A DNA stretch of 64,000 nt from NCBI GenBank assembly GCA_964580185.1, contig CAZOJQ010000005.1, positions 9,691-73,690 of the forward strand, written 5' to 3'. Position numbers and translations under genes: made by a program. Positions 19,227-28,256 of this stretch are shown piece by piece. The notes beneath the pieces were generated by a model, which saw nothing but the letters and a program-made list of their open reading frames with translations, searched no databases and was not told the origin of the DNA. Source of the DNA: an uncultured Thermotogaceae bacterium. GTDB taxonomy: Bacteria > Thermotogota > Thermotogae > MWEM01. The first letter of the stretch is position 1. Every line of letters starts with the position of its first letter.

Positions 19227-19760
19227 TTGGCAGAAATCAACGCGCTCATCGCCTATCTAATGATTCTTAAGGAATCTGAAGAGACATACACAGGAGGGAT
19301 CATGGTAACGGATCCCTACACGATTCCTGTCGAGTTTAAGTATACAGAACCACTGAAACCTACGGGTTTGCAAAAAATCCTATATGGAAAGTCAATCGAG
19401 AAGTTCATTTGGGTCGATGTGATTGCCCGAAAACTGATCCAAGGACTCCAGGAAAACCCGAGGTTGCTTTTGATCCAGGATAAGATCCTATTTCCCATAC
19501 CAGCAAAAAATCCCGTATGCATGATTGCTTCTGCAGCAGGCGAAACCAAAGCCGAAGAACAGGAGTATGAGGATCTCTTTTCGGACCAGCTGGAGGGTGG
19601 ATACCAATTGATTTCCAAAATGAAACCATCACCGGATCTGGTCCAATGGATTCAAAGAGTTTCCAAAGAAGTCGATATTTTGGAACCCTTCAATCGCCTC
19701 AAGGAGGCCCTCCAATACGTGTGTTTGAACGAACCCGAAAAACCATCAAAGAAATCGTAG
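19227..19760 (+). CDS. Hypothetical protein
   Basis: TTG start after AGGAGG. Globular-looking, containing 'GGIMVTDPYTIPVEFKYTEPLKPT'. Confidence 0.75.
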   Translation: MAEINALIAYLMILKESEETYTGGIMVTDPYTIPVEFKYTEPLKPTGLQKILYGKSIEKFIWVDVIARKLIQGLQENPRLLLIQDKILFPIPAKNPVCMIASAAGETKAEEQEYEDLFSDQLEGGYQLISKMKPSPDLVQWIQRVSKEVDILEPFNRLKEALQYVCLNEPEKPSKKS

Positions 19761-20500
19761 AATCGATCCGAAACCAGTTTCTTTCAGTCCGGGTAAAAGA
19801 TCCCGGTTTTGCTTTCCATACCAATCTCTTATCCGAATCGTACTCCGTTCCTGTTCATTCATGGGACGGGTATGTCGGTTTGCCCACACATTCCGCTTTC
19901 ATTGGAACCATTGCTCAAGAAGCAGTCGCGCTGAATGCGGTCTCATTGTCGGTAATGGGGAAAGAGGCGGAACCAGTGGATTTTTCTTTTATGCACGAGG
20001 CAAAAATCAATACCATTTCGCCTGATTCATTGATCGCATGCCTTCGCAATCAACCGCTGAGAACGCGGATATGTCATCTAGTGCCCGTACCTTTACCCAA
20101 AGCTCAAGTGGAGCGAAAATCTGCAAGCATGACGATCCATCAGCAACCGATCTGCCCGATTCCTCTGGAAATGATTCCCAAAGCAATCAGGAACCCGAAA
20201 TGGTTTTGGACGATCATGATCACCAGGAAACCCGCTTCACGCTCTGAATACACAGATTACGAGATTCAAAAAGGATTGCGCTTCATCATGAAACGATTGG
20301 ATCCAAAATCTAAGTTCAGGGTATTGGGTGTGTATCGAGATATTCCCATTGATCGAATTGATCGAATTCAATTCTCGGGAAATGAAATGCAGTTTTCGCT
20401 CAAGGAACCCACAGGCAGAGACGTGATTTTGGATGTCATCATCGTTCGAGACGAAGAGGAGAAGCGGTATCATGTTGGACCCATTGTTCGAAAAGCTTAA
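19721..20500 (+). CDS. Hypothetical protein
   Basis: Long ORF filling the gap between the previous ORF and mfd. Probable GTG start at 19721 downstream of AAGGAGG; the start is uncertain. Confidence 0.65.
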   Translation: MFERTRKTIKEIVESIRNQFLSVRVKDPGFAFHTNLLSESYSVPVHSWDGYVGLPTHSAFIGTIAQEAVALNAVSLSVMGKEAEPVDFSFMHEAKINTISPDSLIACLRNQPLRTRICHLVPVPLPKAQVERKSASMTIHQQPICPIPLEMIPKAIRNPKWFWTIMITRKPASRSEYTDYEIQKGLRFIMKRLDPKSKFRVLGVYRDIPIDRIDRIQFSGNEMQFSLKEPTGRDVILDVIIVRDEEEKRYHVGPIVRKA

Positions 20501-23500
20501 AAGCAATCCTGCTCGTTTAAAAATCGGCATTACGTCGCGTTCGGATCAGATCGATTCGGTCGCTGCAGATCTTCTCTCCGGGGTGGAATTCCTTTCCGTT
20601 CCCGTATTTCTTGTCTTCCCAGAAATGAAAAGCCTCAAAGGGTTTTCCGTTACGATGGATGCCGGTTTGTCGAGAAAGGGATATGAGTTTCCCCCTATCG
20701 ATATTTTGCCTTTCGAACCCATACGCGCTTCCTTTTCCACTATGAAGACGCGGATGAACGCGTTGTTGTCTCTGGCCCAACCCATTGAGAATGGGCCAAA
20801 GATGTACCTTACAACGTATTTGAGTTTGCTCCAACGAACCATAGCGCCTTATCGGTTGGAATCCTATCATCTGACTCTCAAAATCGGGGATCAGATTCGG
20901 TTTTCTCAGATGGCGCGTTGGCTGGAGAACAGCGGATTCGAAAGGGTGTTTCAAGTTCAAAATCCGGGTGAATACTCGATCCGAGGATTTATCTTCGATG
21001 TCTTCCCCCTGAATCAGGTTGAGCCATATCGGATTGAAACTTTTGATGAAGAAATTGAAGAGATTCGGGTTTTTTCTCATAGCACCCAGAAGACCGTTGG
21101 AAAAGAAGCCCGGTTGGATTTGTACCCGGCCTCCGAATCCGTTCACAGCAAAGAAAGCCAAGCAGTGTTTGCGGAGCGGATTCAGGGACTTTCTCATAAA
21201 TATCCGGATAGTGTATTGATCCAATCTTTGGAGAAACAGCCCTTCGATTACCCGGCTTTGGCGCCTTTGTTTCATGATGATTTTCAAGCCTTAATCCGGA
21301 CCCTTCCCGCCGATTCACTCTTCGTTTTTTTCTCTTTTGAAGAAGGAATCCATCAGATCCAAGAGTATGAACGGGGTTTGTTTGATTTATACCCTCAGAA
21401 AGAGTATCGGGATATCTACTACCGATACGTGCGAATTCCTGAATCCGCTCTTCTCCAGGTCAATCGAGCCGTATTTCTCTCCCACTCGACCCAATCGATC
21501 CAGGTAGACCATCAGATTCGTGCCGAAGGATATGCCTCCAAAGAAGCGAGAAAAAAACCGTCTCTCTTTCTCCAATTTCCTTCGCAACCGATTCCTTCGT
21601 ATGAAGATCTCTCGATCGGGAATTTGGTCGTGCATGAAGACTTTGGCGTTGCTCGATACCTAGGCAACCAGAGAATCACCAATTTCTTGGGAACTAGGGA
21701 ATATCTGAAATTGGAGTATGATGATCAGGCAGTCATTTTTGTTCCTGTCGAAAAGATGCATCGAATCCACCTATACGTGGGGGATGAACGGATCGTTCAA
21801 CTGACGCGGCTGAAATCTCAGCATTGGCAAAGAGCAAAAAGACAGACATTGGAAGAGATCGAACGGAAGGTTCAAGAGTTGATCGAGTTATATGCCGTTC
21901 GCTCGGAGATTCCTGGATATTCCTTTACACCGGAACACGAACTCGAGAAACAGTTTCTTGATTCTTTTCCGTATATTGAAACTCCCCCCCAACTCAGGGC
22001 CGTAGAGCGTGTTCTTAGCGATATGGAACACCCGCATCCCATGGATCATCTGATATGCGGAGACGCTGGGGCGGGAAAGACAGAAATCGCATTGCGGGCC
22101 TCATTTCGCGCCATAGCCAATGGGAAACAAGTCGCTCTATTGGTCCCGACAACCGTCCTGACACAACAACACTTCGATACCTTTCGGCAACGACTACAGC
22201 CATTTGGAATTCAGGTCCGGATGCTGGACAGGATGGTTTCTCCCGCCCAGGAGCGGAACATTCATAAAGGTCTCAAAGAGGGGACTGTCGAAATGGTAAT
22301 TGGGACTCACAAACTGCTCAGTAGGAGGATTCAGTTTCGCGACTTGGGTTTGCTGATCCTGGATGAGGAGCAAAAATTCGGAGTGGATCACAAAGAAAAG
22401 CTGCAACAGATAAAGAAAGGCGTCGATGTCCTGACGCTTACCGCCACCCCGATTCCTCGAACCCTCTATATGGGTCTGTCGGGAATCAAATCCATGTCTG
22501 TGATTGACACATTGCCGCCAGGGAGAGTTCCGATACAGACGTTTGTCGGATATTATGACGATCGGGTTGTAAAAACGGCCATATTGAGAGAGCTGAGTAG
22601 AGGGGGGCAAGTCATCTATGTGCACAACCGGGTCGAGGATATGGTGGAAGTTTTCGAGAACCTAAGGCGTTTGGTTCCGGAAGCAAGAATGGAGATGGCT
22701 CACGGGCAGATGAAAAAGTCCGAATTCGAGAGAGTTGTATCCATGTTCTACTCCCAAGATACCGATATCCTGGTCTGTACGACGATCATCGAGAATGGAG
22801 TGGACATTCCCACAGCCAACACCTTGATCGTTGACGATGCCAATCGGTATGGATTGTCGCAATTGTACCAATTGCGGGGCAGAGTCGGTAGGAGTGATCG
22901 GCGGGCCTTTGCGTATTTTCTGTATCCGCGAACGTCTCGGCTTACCCCCCAGGCGCAATCTCGATTGGAAGCGATCTTCGAGCACCACGGATCCGGAAGC
23001 GGGATGAAACTAGCCATGAAAGACATGGAAATCCGGGGTGTGGGGAATGTTTTGGGGTTTGAACAACATGGAAATGCCCAAATCGTCGGCTTATACTTGT
23101 ATCAGCAGATGTTGGATCAAGTATTGATCCAAAAAGGCCTTATCAAGCAGGGCGACCCCACTGTTTCCACGAAAGATCGGGGGCAACAATCCGATCAAGT
23201 GGAGATTTCTGGAATCCCATTCGATATTGTGATTCCTGACTCCTATGTGGAAAATAGCATTGAACGTATGCGCTTGTACCGGAGAATCGCGCAAAGCGAA
23301 ACCGTAAAGGGGTTGGAAGAACTTAAAGATGAACTCCGAGATCGATTTGGTCCTTTGCCGGACGAAGCCCGAAGTTTATTTGAATATGCGACTCTTCGTA
23401 TGCTCTCTGTTCATTTAGGAATCCGAAGAATCGAAGTCAATCAAAAAGACCGCAGAACCAAGATCGCGTTTTTTTCAATCCGAGAAACCGATCGGTTTTC

Positions 23501-23618
23501 TCTGCGGCCTTTTCGAGGGATGATCCATCGCGATGAAGGGTTTGCCGTTCTATATGACGCATCCAAACCCGTTCTCACCAAACTATTGATGGAGAACCAT
23601 GGAAGATTGATCCGGTAG
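20472..23618 (+). CDS. mfd: Transcription-repair coupling factor
   Basis: UvrB-like N-terminal region, CarD/RID ('VVHEDFGVARY'), helicase motifs GDAGAGKTE, DEEQKFG, TATPIPRT and QLRGRVGRS, and a C-terminal TRCF domain. Confidence 0.96.
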   Translation: MLDPLFEKLKSNPARLKIGITSRSDQIDSVAADLLSGVEFLSVPVFLVFPEMKSLKGFSVTMDAGLSRKGYEFPPIDILPFEPIRASFSTMKTRMNALLSLAQPIENGPKMYLTTYLSLLQRTIAPYRLESYHLTLKIGDQIRFSQMARWLENSGFERVFQVQNPGEYSIRGFIFDVFPLNQVEPYRIETFDEEIEEIRVFSHSTQKTVGKEARLDLYPASESVHSKESQAVFAERIQGLSHKYPDSVLIQSLEKQPFDYPALAPLFHDDFQALIRTLPADSLFVFFSFEEGIHQIQEYERGLFDLYPQKEYRDIYYRYVRIPESALLQVNRAVFLSHSTQSIQVDHQIRAEGYASKEARKKPSLFLQFPSQPIPSYEDLSIGNLVVHEDFGVARYLGNQRITNFLGTREYLKLEYDDQAVIFVPVEKMHRIHLYVGDERIVQLTRLKSQHWQRAKRQTLEEIERKVQELIELYAVRSEIPGYSFTPEHELEKQFLDSFPYIETPPQLRAVERVLSDMEHPHPMDHLICGDAGAGKTEIALRASFRAIANGKQVALLVPTTVLTQQHFDTFRQRLQPFGIQVRMLDRMVSPAQERNIHKGLKEGTVEMVIGTHKLLSRRIQFRDLGLLILDEEQKFGVDHKEKLQQIKKGVDVLTLTATPIPRTLYMGLSGIKSMSVIDTLPPGRVPIQTFVGYYDDRVVKTAILRELSRGGQVIYVHNRVEDMVEVFENLRRLVPEARMEMAHGQMKKSEFERVVSMFYSQDTDILVCTTIIENGVDIPTANTLIVDDANRYGLSQLYQLRGRVGRSDRRAFAYFLYPRTSRLTPQAQSRLEAIFEHHGSGSGMKLAMKDMEIRGVGNVLGFEQHGNAQIVGLYLYQQMLDQVLIQKGLIKQGDPTVSTKDRGQQSDQVEISGIPFDIVIPDSYVENSIERMRLYRRIAQSETVKGLEELKDELRDRFGPLPDEARSLFEYATLRMLSVHLGIRRIEVNQKDRRTKIAFFSIRETDRFSLRPFRGMIHRDEGFAVLYDASKPVLTKLLMENHGRLIR

Positions 23619-23632
23619 GTACCTCTTGAATC

Positions 23633-24772
23633 CTACACAACATTTTTCTCTCTTTGTGTTTTCCCGCTAAACCGGTGTATGTTTAGAGGAGCGAGATCAA
23701 GATAGGGACTGGAACCATTCATGATCATGTGCGCCAAACCCTCCGCCACAGCGGGGGCAATCATGAACCCATGGCCCGAATACCCGACAGAGTAATAGAA
23801 TCCCTTGATGTGTGGAGATTCACCGATAACCGGTTGAGCGTCGGGCGACATGTTGTATTCCCCGGACCAGTGCCGGAGGATCCTCAGGTTTTCCAGGAAA
23901 GGAAAGACTTTTACCATTTTGATTGCCATTTCTTTCGCAAACCGATAGGTCACATTCCGGTTAATCCCCGGAACTTCGTCTGCATCTCCTTTTCCCATGA
24001 TAAACTGGCCATGCAACGCTTGGCGGATATAGAAATTTCCGGAAAAGCTAATGGCCATAAAGGGGAAAAAGTAGTCCAGCGCTTCCGTGACGAAGATCTG
24101 GTGCCGGAAGCTTTCGGTAGGTAAGTCGATACCGGCGAGCTGTCCCACTTCTTTGGACCATGGTCCGGCTGCGTTTATTACGATATCTGCTGGGAAATAC
24201 CCTCTTGTAGTATGCACCCCTTTGACAGCCCCTGATTGCACATCAACCTGTTTGGCGAGGGTATGGGTATGAATCGAGACGCCCAGTTTCTTTGCGGCGT
24301 TGGCATATCCAAAAGTTGCTTTATGGGGATTGGCATGGCCATCGGTTTTGCAGAAGGTGGCCATTTTCAGCCCTTCTGTACGGATATACGGATACTTCTG
24401 AGAGACTTCTTTTGACGAGAGAATATCGACCTTCAAACCTTCCTCTCGCTGCATGCGCACATTCTCCTCAAATTGGGTTGCTTCCTCTTCATCAAACGAA
24501 AGCAATAGATATCCTCCTTGATAGTACTCGATATCCATATCCATCTCTTCCCGAAACCGAGTGAAGTGTTCGACACTCTTCATCGCCAGACGAACGTTGT
24601 AAGGAGAGCTCCATTGTTGGCGGATTCCTCCCCCGCACCGTCCCGTAGATCCGGAAGAAAGATAGTCTTTTTCCAGGACTGTTACTTGTTTTGCGCCCAA
24701 TTTCGCGAGATGATAAGCGATCGCTGTACCTGTGATTCCGCCTCCAATGATCACAACCTGAGGATTATTCAT
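23633..24772 (-). CDS. FAD-dependent amino-acid oxidoreductase, DAO family (sarcosine oxidase beta / proline dehydrogenase beta-like)
   Basis: 'VVIIGGGITG', 'GSTGRCGGGIR' and 'GYSGHGFMIAPAV'. Start reset to ATG 24772. Confidence 0.88.
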   Translation of the reverse strand: MNNPQVVIIGGGITGTAIAYHLAKLGAKQVTVLEKDYLSSGSTGRCGGGIRQQWSSPYNVRLAMKSVEHFTRFREEMDMDIEYYQGGYLLLSFDEEEATQFEENVRMQREEGLKVDILSSKEVSQKYPYIRTEGLKMATFCKTDGHANPHKATFGYANAAKKLGVSIHTHTLAKQVDVQSGAVKGVHTTRGYFPADIVINAAGPWSKEVGQLAGIDLPTESFRHQIFVTEALDYFFPFMAISFSGNFYIRQALHGQFIMGKGDADEVPGINRNVTYRFAKEMAIKMVKVFPFLENLRILRHWSGEYNMSPDAQPVIGESPHIKGFYYSVGYSGHGFMIAPAVAEGLAHMIMNGSSPYLDLAPLNIHRFSGKTQREKNVV

Positions 24773-26567
24773 CTGCCTCACCCCTTCGGATCGCACGGAA
24801 TGGCAATGGAATGGAGGGAGCCCGGAAGATTCCTGGTTCCAATTCGGCGATAGGGATCTCCAGCTTGGATGATAGGATCTGCAACGTTTGAGCCCGACAC
24901 ACACGGCCCCCACAAGGTCCCATGCCAATACGGAGATACCGTCTCAATTCTTCATAGTCCGTATACCCCATATCGATCGCGCGTTCGATTTCTTCTACTG
25001 TTACTTCTTCGCATCGGCATATATAATCATTCTTTTTTTGTTCAGGCACTTGCACGGACCGAACTGTATCAACCCATGCGAATGGTACTTCAATGAAAAC
25101 GAGGTGAGTCTTCTCCTTCGGATTTTTCATGACCCGAACGACATTGGCTTCTCCAAGAATCTGTCCTTTCCGGTCTTGAGCGAAAACAACATCCTCTTTT
25201 TCGGGTAAAGGAAGCAATTCGTATGGAATGCCGATCACTGCTTTATCCCCTTTTTTCTGAACCATGAATATCGCCAAACCCGGGCAAATCATCGCGCAGA
25301 TCCCACACCCCGTGCAGGCCTCATAGTTAACCCACGGGATTCCGTTGAGGTTTCCTCCCACTTCGATGGCTTTCGTGGGACAAGAAGTTTCGCACGGATT
25401 GCACGGTATACACTGCGGACACTCTATTAACGCCTTCATGGTATCATACGGTCCCGTTTGCGTTTGGATTTCGGTTCGGTATCCTCCCGAGGGGAAATGA
25501 ATCCCAAAATGCCCCAACCCATCGCGCACTTTGAATGAGAACGGGCCTCTCCGAAGAGCAGTCAGCTCATCCCGCATTTGGTTCATCTCTTCTTGCATAT
25601 CTTTTCCTATGAGGTCTTGCGTGACTTGAAACCCAGCAATAAACCCTTCCATCATTGCAGTAGAGGCTTCTTCGATGCTTGATACATCTCCCGCAACAAA
25701 GACCGTAGGGATTGTAGTGCGCATATGGGCGTCCCGAACGGGTATATACCCACCTAGAGAGGAGATATATTCGATTTTGCTCCCGGCTTGAGCCGCTAAT
25801 TCGACAGAGGGCTGAAGGCCTACCGCCAAACAGATGGAGTCAACGAATAGCTCCCGTGATTCACTCATGATCGGTTTCCATTGATCGTTGACAGGTGCGA
25901 TTACCGCGCCTCGGACTTTTTGTTTTCCGATCGCTTTCACAATGGTATGGGTAAGCAGGATGGGAATCCCTAAGCGTTCGATTTTTCGAGAATGAACTTC
26001 ATATCCGCCAATTTTGGGAGCGATATCGACAATCGCTTTCACTCGAGCCCCAGCCTGAACCAATTGGTACCCCACAATAAGGCCAATGTTGCCACTACCG
26101 ACAATTAAGAAATCCTTTCCCGGTAAGACGCCATATTGGTTCATCAGGGTTTGAACGGCTCCAGCTCCATATACTCCAACCAGGAGGTTATTCTCAAAAG
26201 GGATGAATCGTTCCGAAGCTCCCGATGCAATCAGGATTCGCTCGGGTTTTGATTCCCATACGCGGTCTTCCTTTCGGTCCCAAAGGGCAATGCAATCTTC
26301 ATAGATCCCTGCAACCGATGTCTCTAACCGGATTTCTACCCCCGCCTTTTCCGCCCGTTCCACAAGCCGATGAGCAATGTCGAACCCCCGAACCGAAGCA
26401 AAAAACCCTTTATGACCAAAAAACTTGTGGGTCTGCTTTGGAAGCTGTCCTCCGGGCATAAACCCTTCGTCAACAATCAGGGTTTTTACGCCTTGCTCGG
26501 CTGCGGCAATACCTGCGCAAAGCCCTGCGGGTCCTGCGCCAACAATCAAAAACTGTGGGTTTACCAT
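24765..26567 (-). CDS. Pyridine nucleotide-disulfide-type FAD oxidoreductase fused to a 2x[4Fe-4S] domain and a C-terminal BFD-like [2Fe-2S] domain
   Basis: GAGPAG, 'SGASER...GVYGAG', CPQCIPCNPCETSCP, CTGCGICAMICP and CRCEEVT...GPCGGRVC. Confidence 0.88.
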   Translation of the reverse strand: MVNPQFLIVGAGPAGLCAGIAAAEQGVKTLIVDEGFMPGGQLPKQTHKFFGHKGFFASVRGFDIAHRLVERAEKAGVEIRLETSVAGIYEDCIALWDRKEDRVWESKPERILIASGASERFIPFENNLLVGVYGAGAVQTLMNQYGVLPGKDFLIVGSGNIGLIVGYQLVQAGARVKAIVDIAPKIGGYEVHSRKIERLGIPILLTHTIVKAIGKQKVRGAVIAPVNDQWKPIMSESRELFVDSICLAVGLQPSVELAAQAGSKIEYISSLGGYIPVRDAHMRTTIPTVFVAGDVSSIEEASTAMMEGFIAGFQVTQDLIGKDMQEEMNQMRDELTALRRGPFSFKVRDGLGHFGIHFPSGGYRTEIQTQTGPYDTMKALIECPQCIPCNPCETSCPTKAIEVGGNLNGIPWVNYEACTGCGICAMICPGLAIFMVQKKGDKAVIGIPYELLPLPEKEDVVFAQDRKGQILGEANVVRVMKNPKEKTHLVFIEVPFAWVDTVRSVQVPEQKKNDYICRCEEVTVEEIERAIDMGYTDYEELRRYLRIGMGPCGGRVCRAQTLQILSSKLEIPIAELEPGIFRAPSIPLPFRAIRRGEADE

Positions 26568-26872
26568 ATTGGTTTCCCTTTTCCAGCTTGAGCCGAGACG
26601 CGCATTCCTTCTTGCAGAGGGGTAAGGCAAGCGCGAATATTGGGAACCCCATCAACCTCGACCATACATGCGCTGCATTTACCAATCGCGCAGAATATGC
26701 CGCGAGGAGTCCCTTTTTCGGTTTGTCCAAACGAGTCAATTCCGTTGGCAATCAACGCAGCGGCAATGCTATCGCCAGCATGACCGATCAAACGCTTTCC
26801 TTCAAACCAGAAGGACAGGTTTTCCCCACCCCATTCGTCCAGTATTGGGTGTTCCTTCAACCGTGTATCCAT
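26561..26872 (-). CDS. [2Fe-2S] protein (HcnA / proline dehydrogenase gamma-like)
   Basis: 'GDSIAAAL...RGIFCAIGKCSACMV...RAC'. RBS GGAGGT. Confidence 0.9.
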   Translation of the reverse strand: MDTRLKEHPILDEWGGENLSFWFEGKRLIGHAGDSIAAALIANGIDSFGQTEKGTPRGIFCAIGKCSACMVEVDGVPNIRACLTPLQEGMRVSAQAGKGKPIW

Positions 26873-26916
26873 ACCATACCTCCCTGGAGTCGATAGACGA
26901 ACTTAGCTGTGTTGTG

Positions 26917-26945
26917 ATTATACACGTTCCCAAAACAACTGTCAA
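26917..26945 (-). promoter_or_regulatory. Consensus sigma70 promoter for the three-gene dehydrogenase operon
   Basis: TTGACA-17 nt-TATAAT on the minus strand. The -35 overlaps the RluA TGA stop. Confidence 0.85.
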
Positions 26946-27874
26946 GAAAAAGCGTGCTGATCACAGCGATCCAAAAAAGCTTGAAGATCCTCCCATAAGG
27001 GCGCATCCAAAGAAAAAGCCCTTTGATCTGTATGAATCCAACTCATCCGACTGCAGTGCAAAAAAGTGCGTTGCAACCCAACTCGTTTCAACGCTCGATT
27101 CAGACCGAAATCTCCATATTGGTCGTCTGCCAGAATAGGCCACCCTTTTGATGAAAGATGCAACCGGATTTGATGTTTTCTCCCTGTAGCCATCCCCACT
27201 TCGCATAAACTGAGTGTTCCAAATGGGGTATCAAAGGATCGTTTGGCGACCAGATGCGTTTCCGCTTCCTTTCCTTCAATCGGTTCGTTGATCGTTTGAT
27301 GGTAGGGAGGAGAACCCGCAACCATGACCCAATACCATTTTTGAACCAAGCGTTCTCGAAAGACTCTGGAGAGATGTCGGGACTGGAATCGGTCTTTTGC
27401 TACGACAAGCAATCCAGATGTCTGCCGATCCAAACGATGGACCAGGAATGGTTCAAACCCCTTGCTTTGGCCAAAAAACAGGAGACCTTCAATTAAGGTA
27501 GATCGGTTTCTTTCCCCTTTTCCCGGATGGACAGATATGCCTGGAGGTTTGTTGATCACCAGCATTTCATCATCCTCATACAAGATATGTAGGTCCATTT
27601 CCCGCGGTTGTAATTTGCGTTTTCCCTGAGTGTTTCGTTGGATTCGCTCCCATTTTGGGGTAGATTCCGGTAAAAAAACGCTGACTTCATCCCCGAGCCG
27701 CAAAGGATAGGAGGGGTCACGGACAACTGCGTCATTAACCCGAACTTCCTTCTTCCGGATCAAAGCCAATAAAGAGGATCGTTGAATATCGGGATAGAGA
27801 TGAAGGAGGTACTTATCCAAGCGGGTAAAGAACGTATTCGGGTTAACAGTGTGCGATTTTCGCAAGATTCTCAC
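26942..27874 (-). CDS. RluA-family pseudouridine synthase with S4 domain
   Basis: S4-like N-terminus, INKPPG, the catalytic HRLDRQTSG, and TGRKHQIR. Confidence 0.93.
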   Translation of the reverse strand: MRILRKSHTVNPNTFFTRLDKYLLHLYPDIQRSSLLALIRKKEVRVNDAVVRDPSYPLRLGDEVSVFLPESTPKWERIQRNTQGKRKLQPREMDLHILYEDDEMLVINKPPGISVHPGKGERNRSTLIEGLLFFGQSKGFEPFLVHRLDRQTSGLLVVAKDRFQSRHLSRVFRERLVQKWYWVMVAGSPPYHQTINEPIEGKEAETHLVAKRSFDTPFGTLSLCEVGMATGRKHQIRLHLSSKGWPILADDQYGDFGLNRALKRVGLQRTFLHCSRMSWIHTDQRAFSLDAPLWEDLQAFLDRCDQHAFS

Positions 27875-27920
27875 AGTCCTTTGAGTTTGTGGGGTCGCAG
27901 TTCATTCTTTGCGCGAAACG

Positions 27921-27950
27921 ATTATACCATGCAAAATCGATCATTGACAA
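27921..27950 (-). promoter_or_regulatory. sigma70 promoter for the RluA gene
   Basis: TTGTCA-18 nt-TATAAT with extended -10 (TGG-TATAAT). Confidence 0.6.
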
Positions 27951-27973
27951 TGGGTTTTCGTGAGGAGTATAAT
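27944..27973 (+). promoter_or_regulatory. Near-consensus sigma70 promoter facing a region with no convincing ORF
   Basis: TTGACA (27944-27949)-18 nt-TATAAT (27968-27973). Confidence 0.65.
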
Positions 27974-28256
27974 TATCTATTCCTTGTTGAAAACCATAGC
28001 TTCTGAAAGAGTCCTATTTCGAATGGAGGTACCAACCCCTTTTGCTGAGCGGGCACACAGGAGATTGGCTTTCCGGAAGGAGGGCAAGTCCGGATCAATG
28101 ATGGAGAATGGGGTGATACCCAGACAGAAAGGATTGCAGAAAACAGCCTCGTAACGGTCGAAGCAACACTCAAAGCGGTATTCGTGAAGATCGAGTTTCC
28201 GGGTTCTCCCGAACCATAAGGGGATCCATTGGTTGAACCGGTGATGAACTACTTGT

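Noticed and set aside
23633-26872. Hydrogen cyanide synthase hcnABC
   Set aside because: The architecture is shared by several amino-acid dehydrogenases, and nothing in the sequence specifies glycine-to-HCN chemistry.
28046-28048. Selenocysteine read-through of TGC-TGA (Cys-Sec)
   Set aside because: There is no in-frame start upstream before the next stop and no evident SECIS hairpin.
28065-28094. SRP RNA (TCC-GGAA-GGA hairpin) or RNase P (GAGG..AAGTCCGG) look-alike
   Set aside because: The SRP CAGG/AGCAG internal-loop bases are absent, the RNase P 3' consensus is absent, and the region is too short for RNase P.
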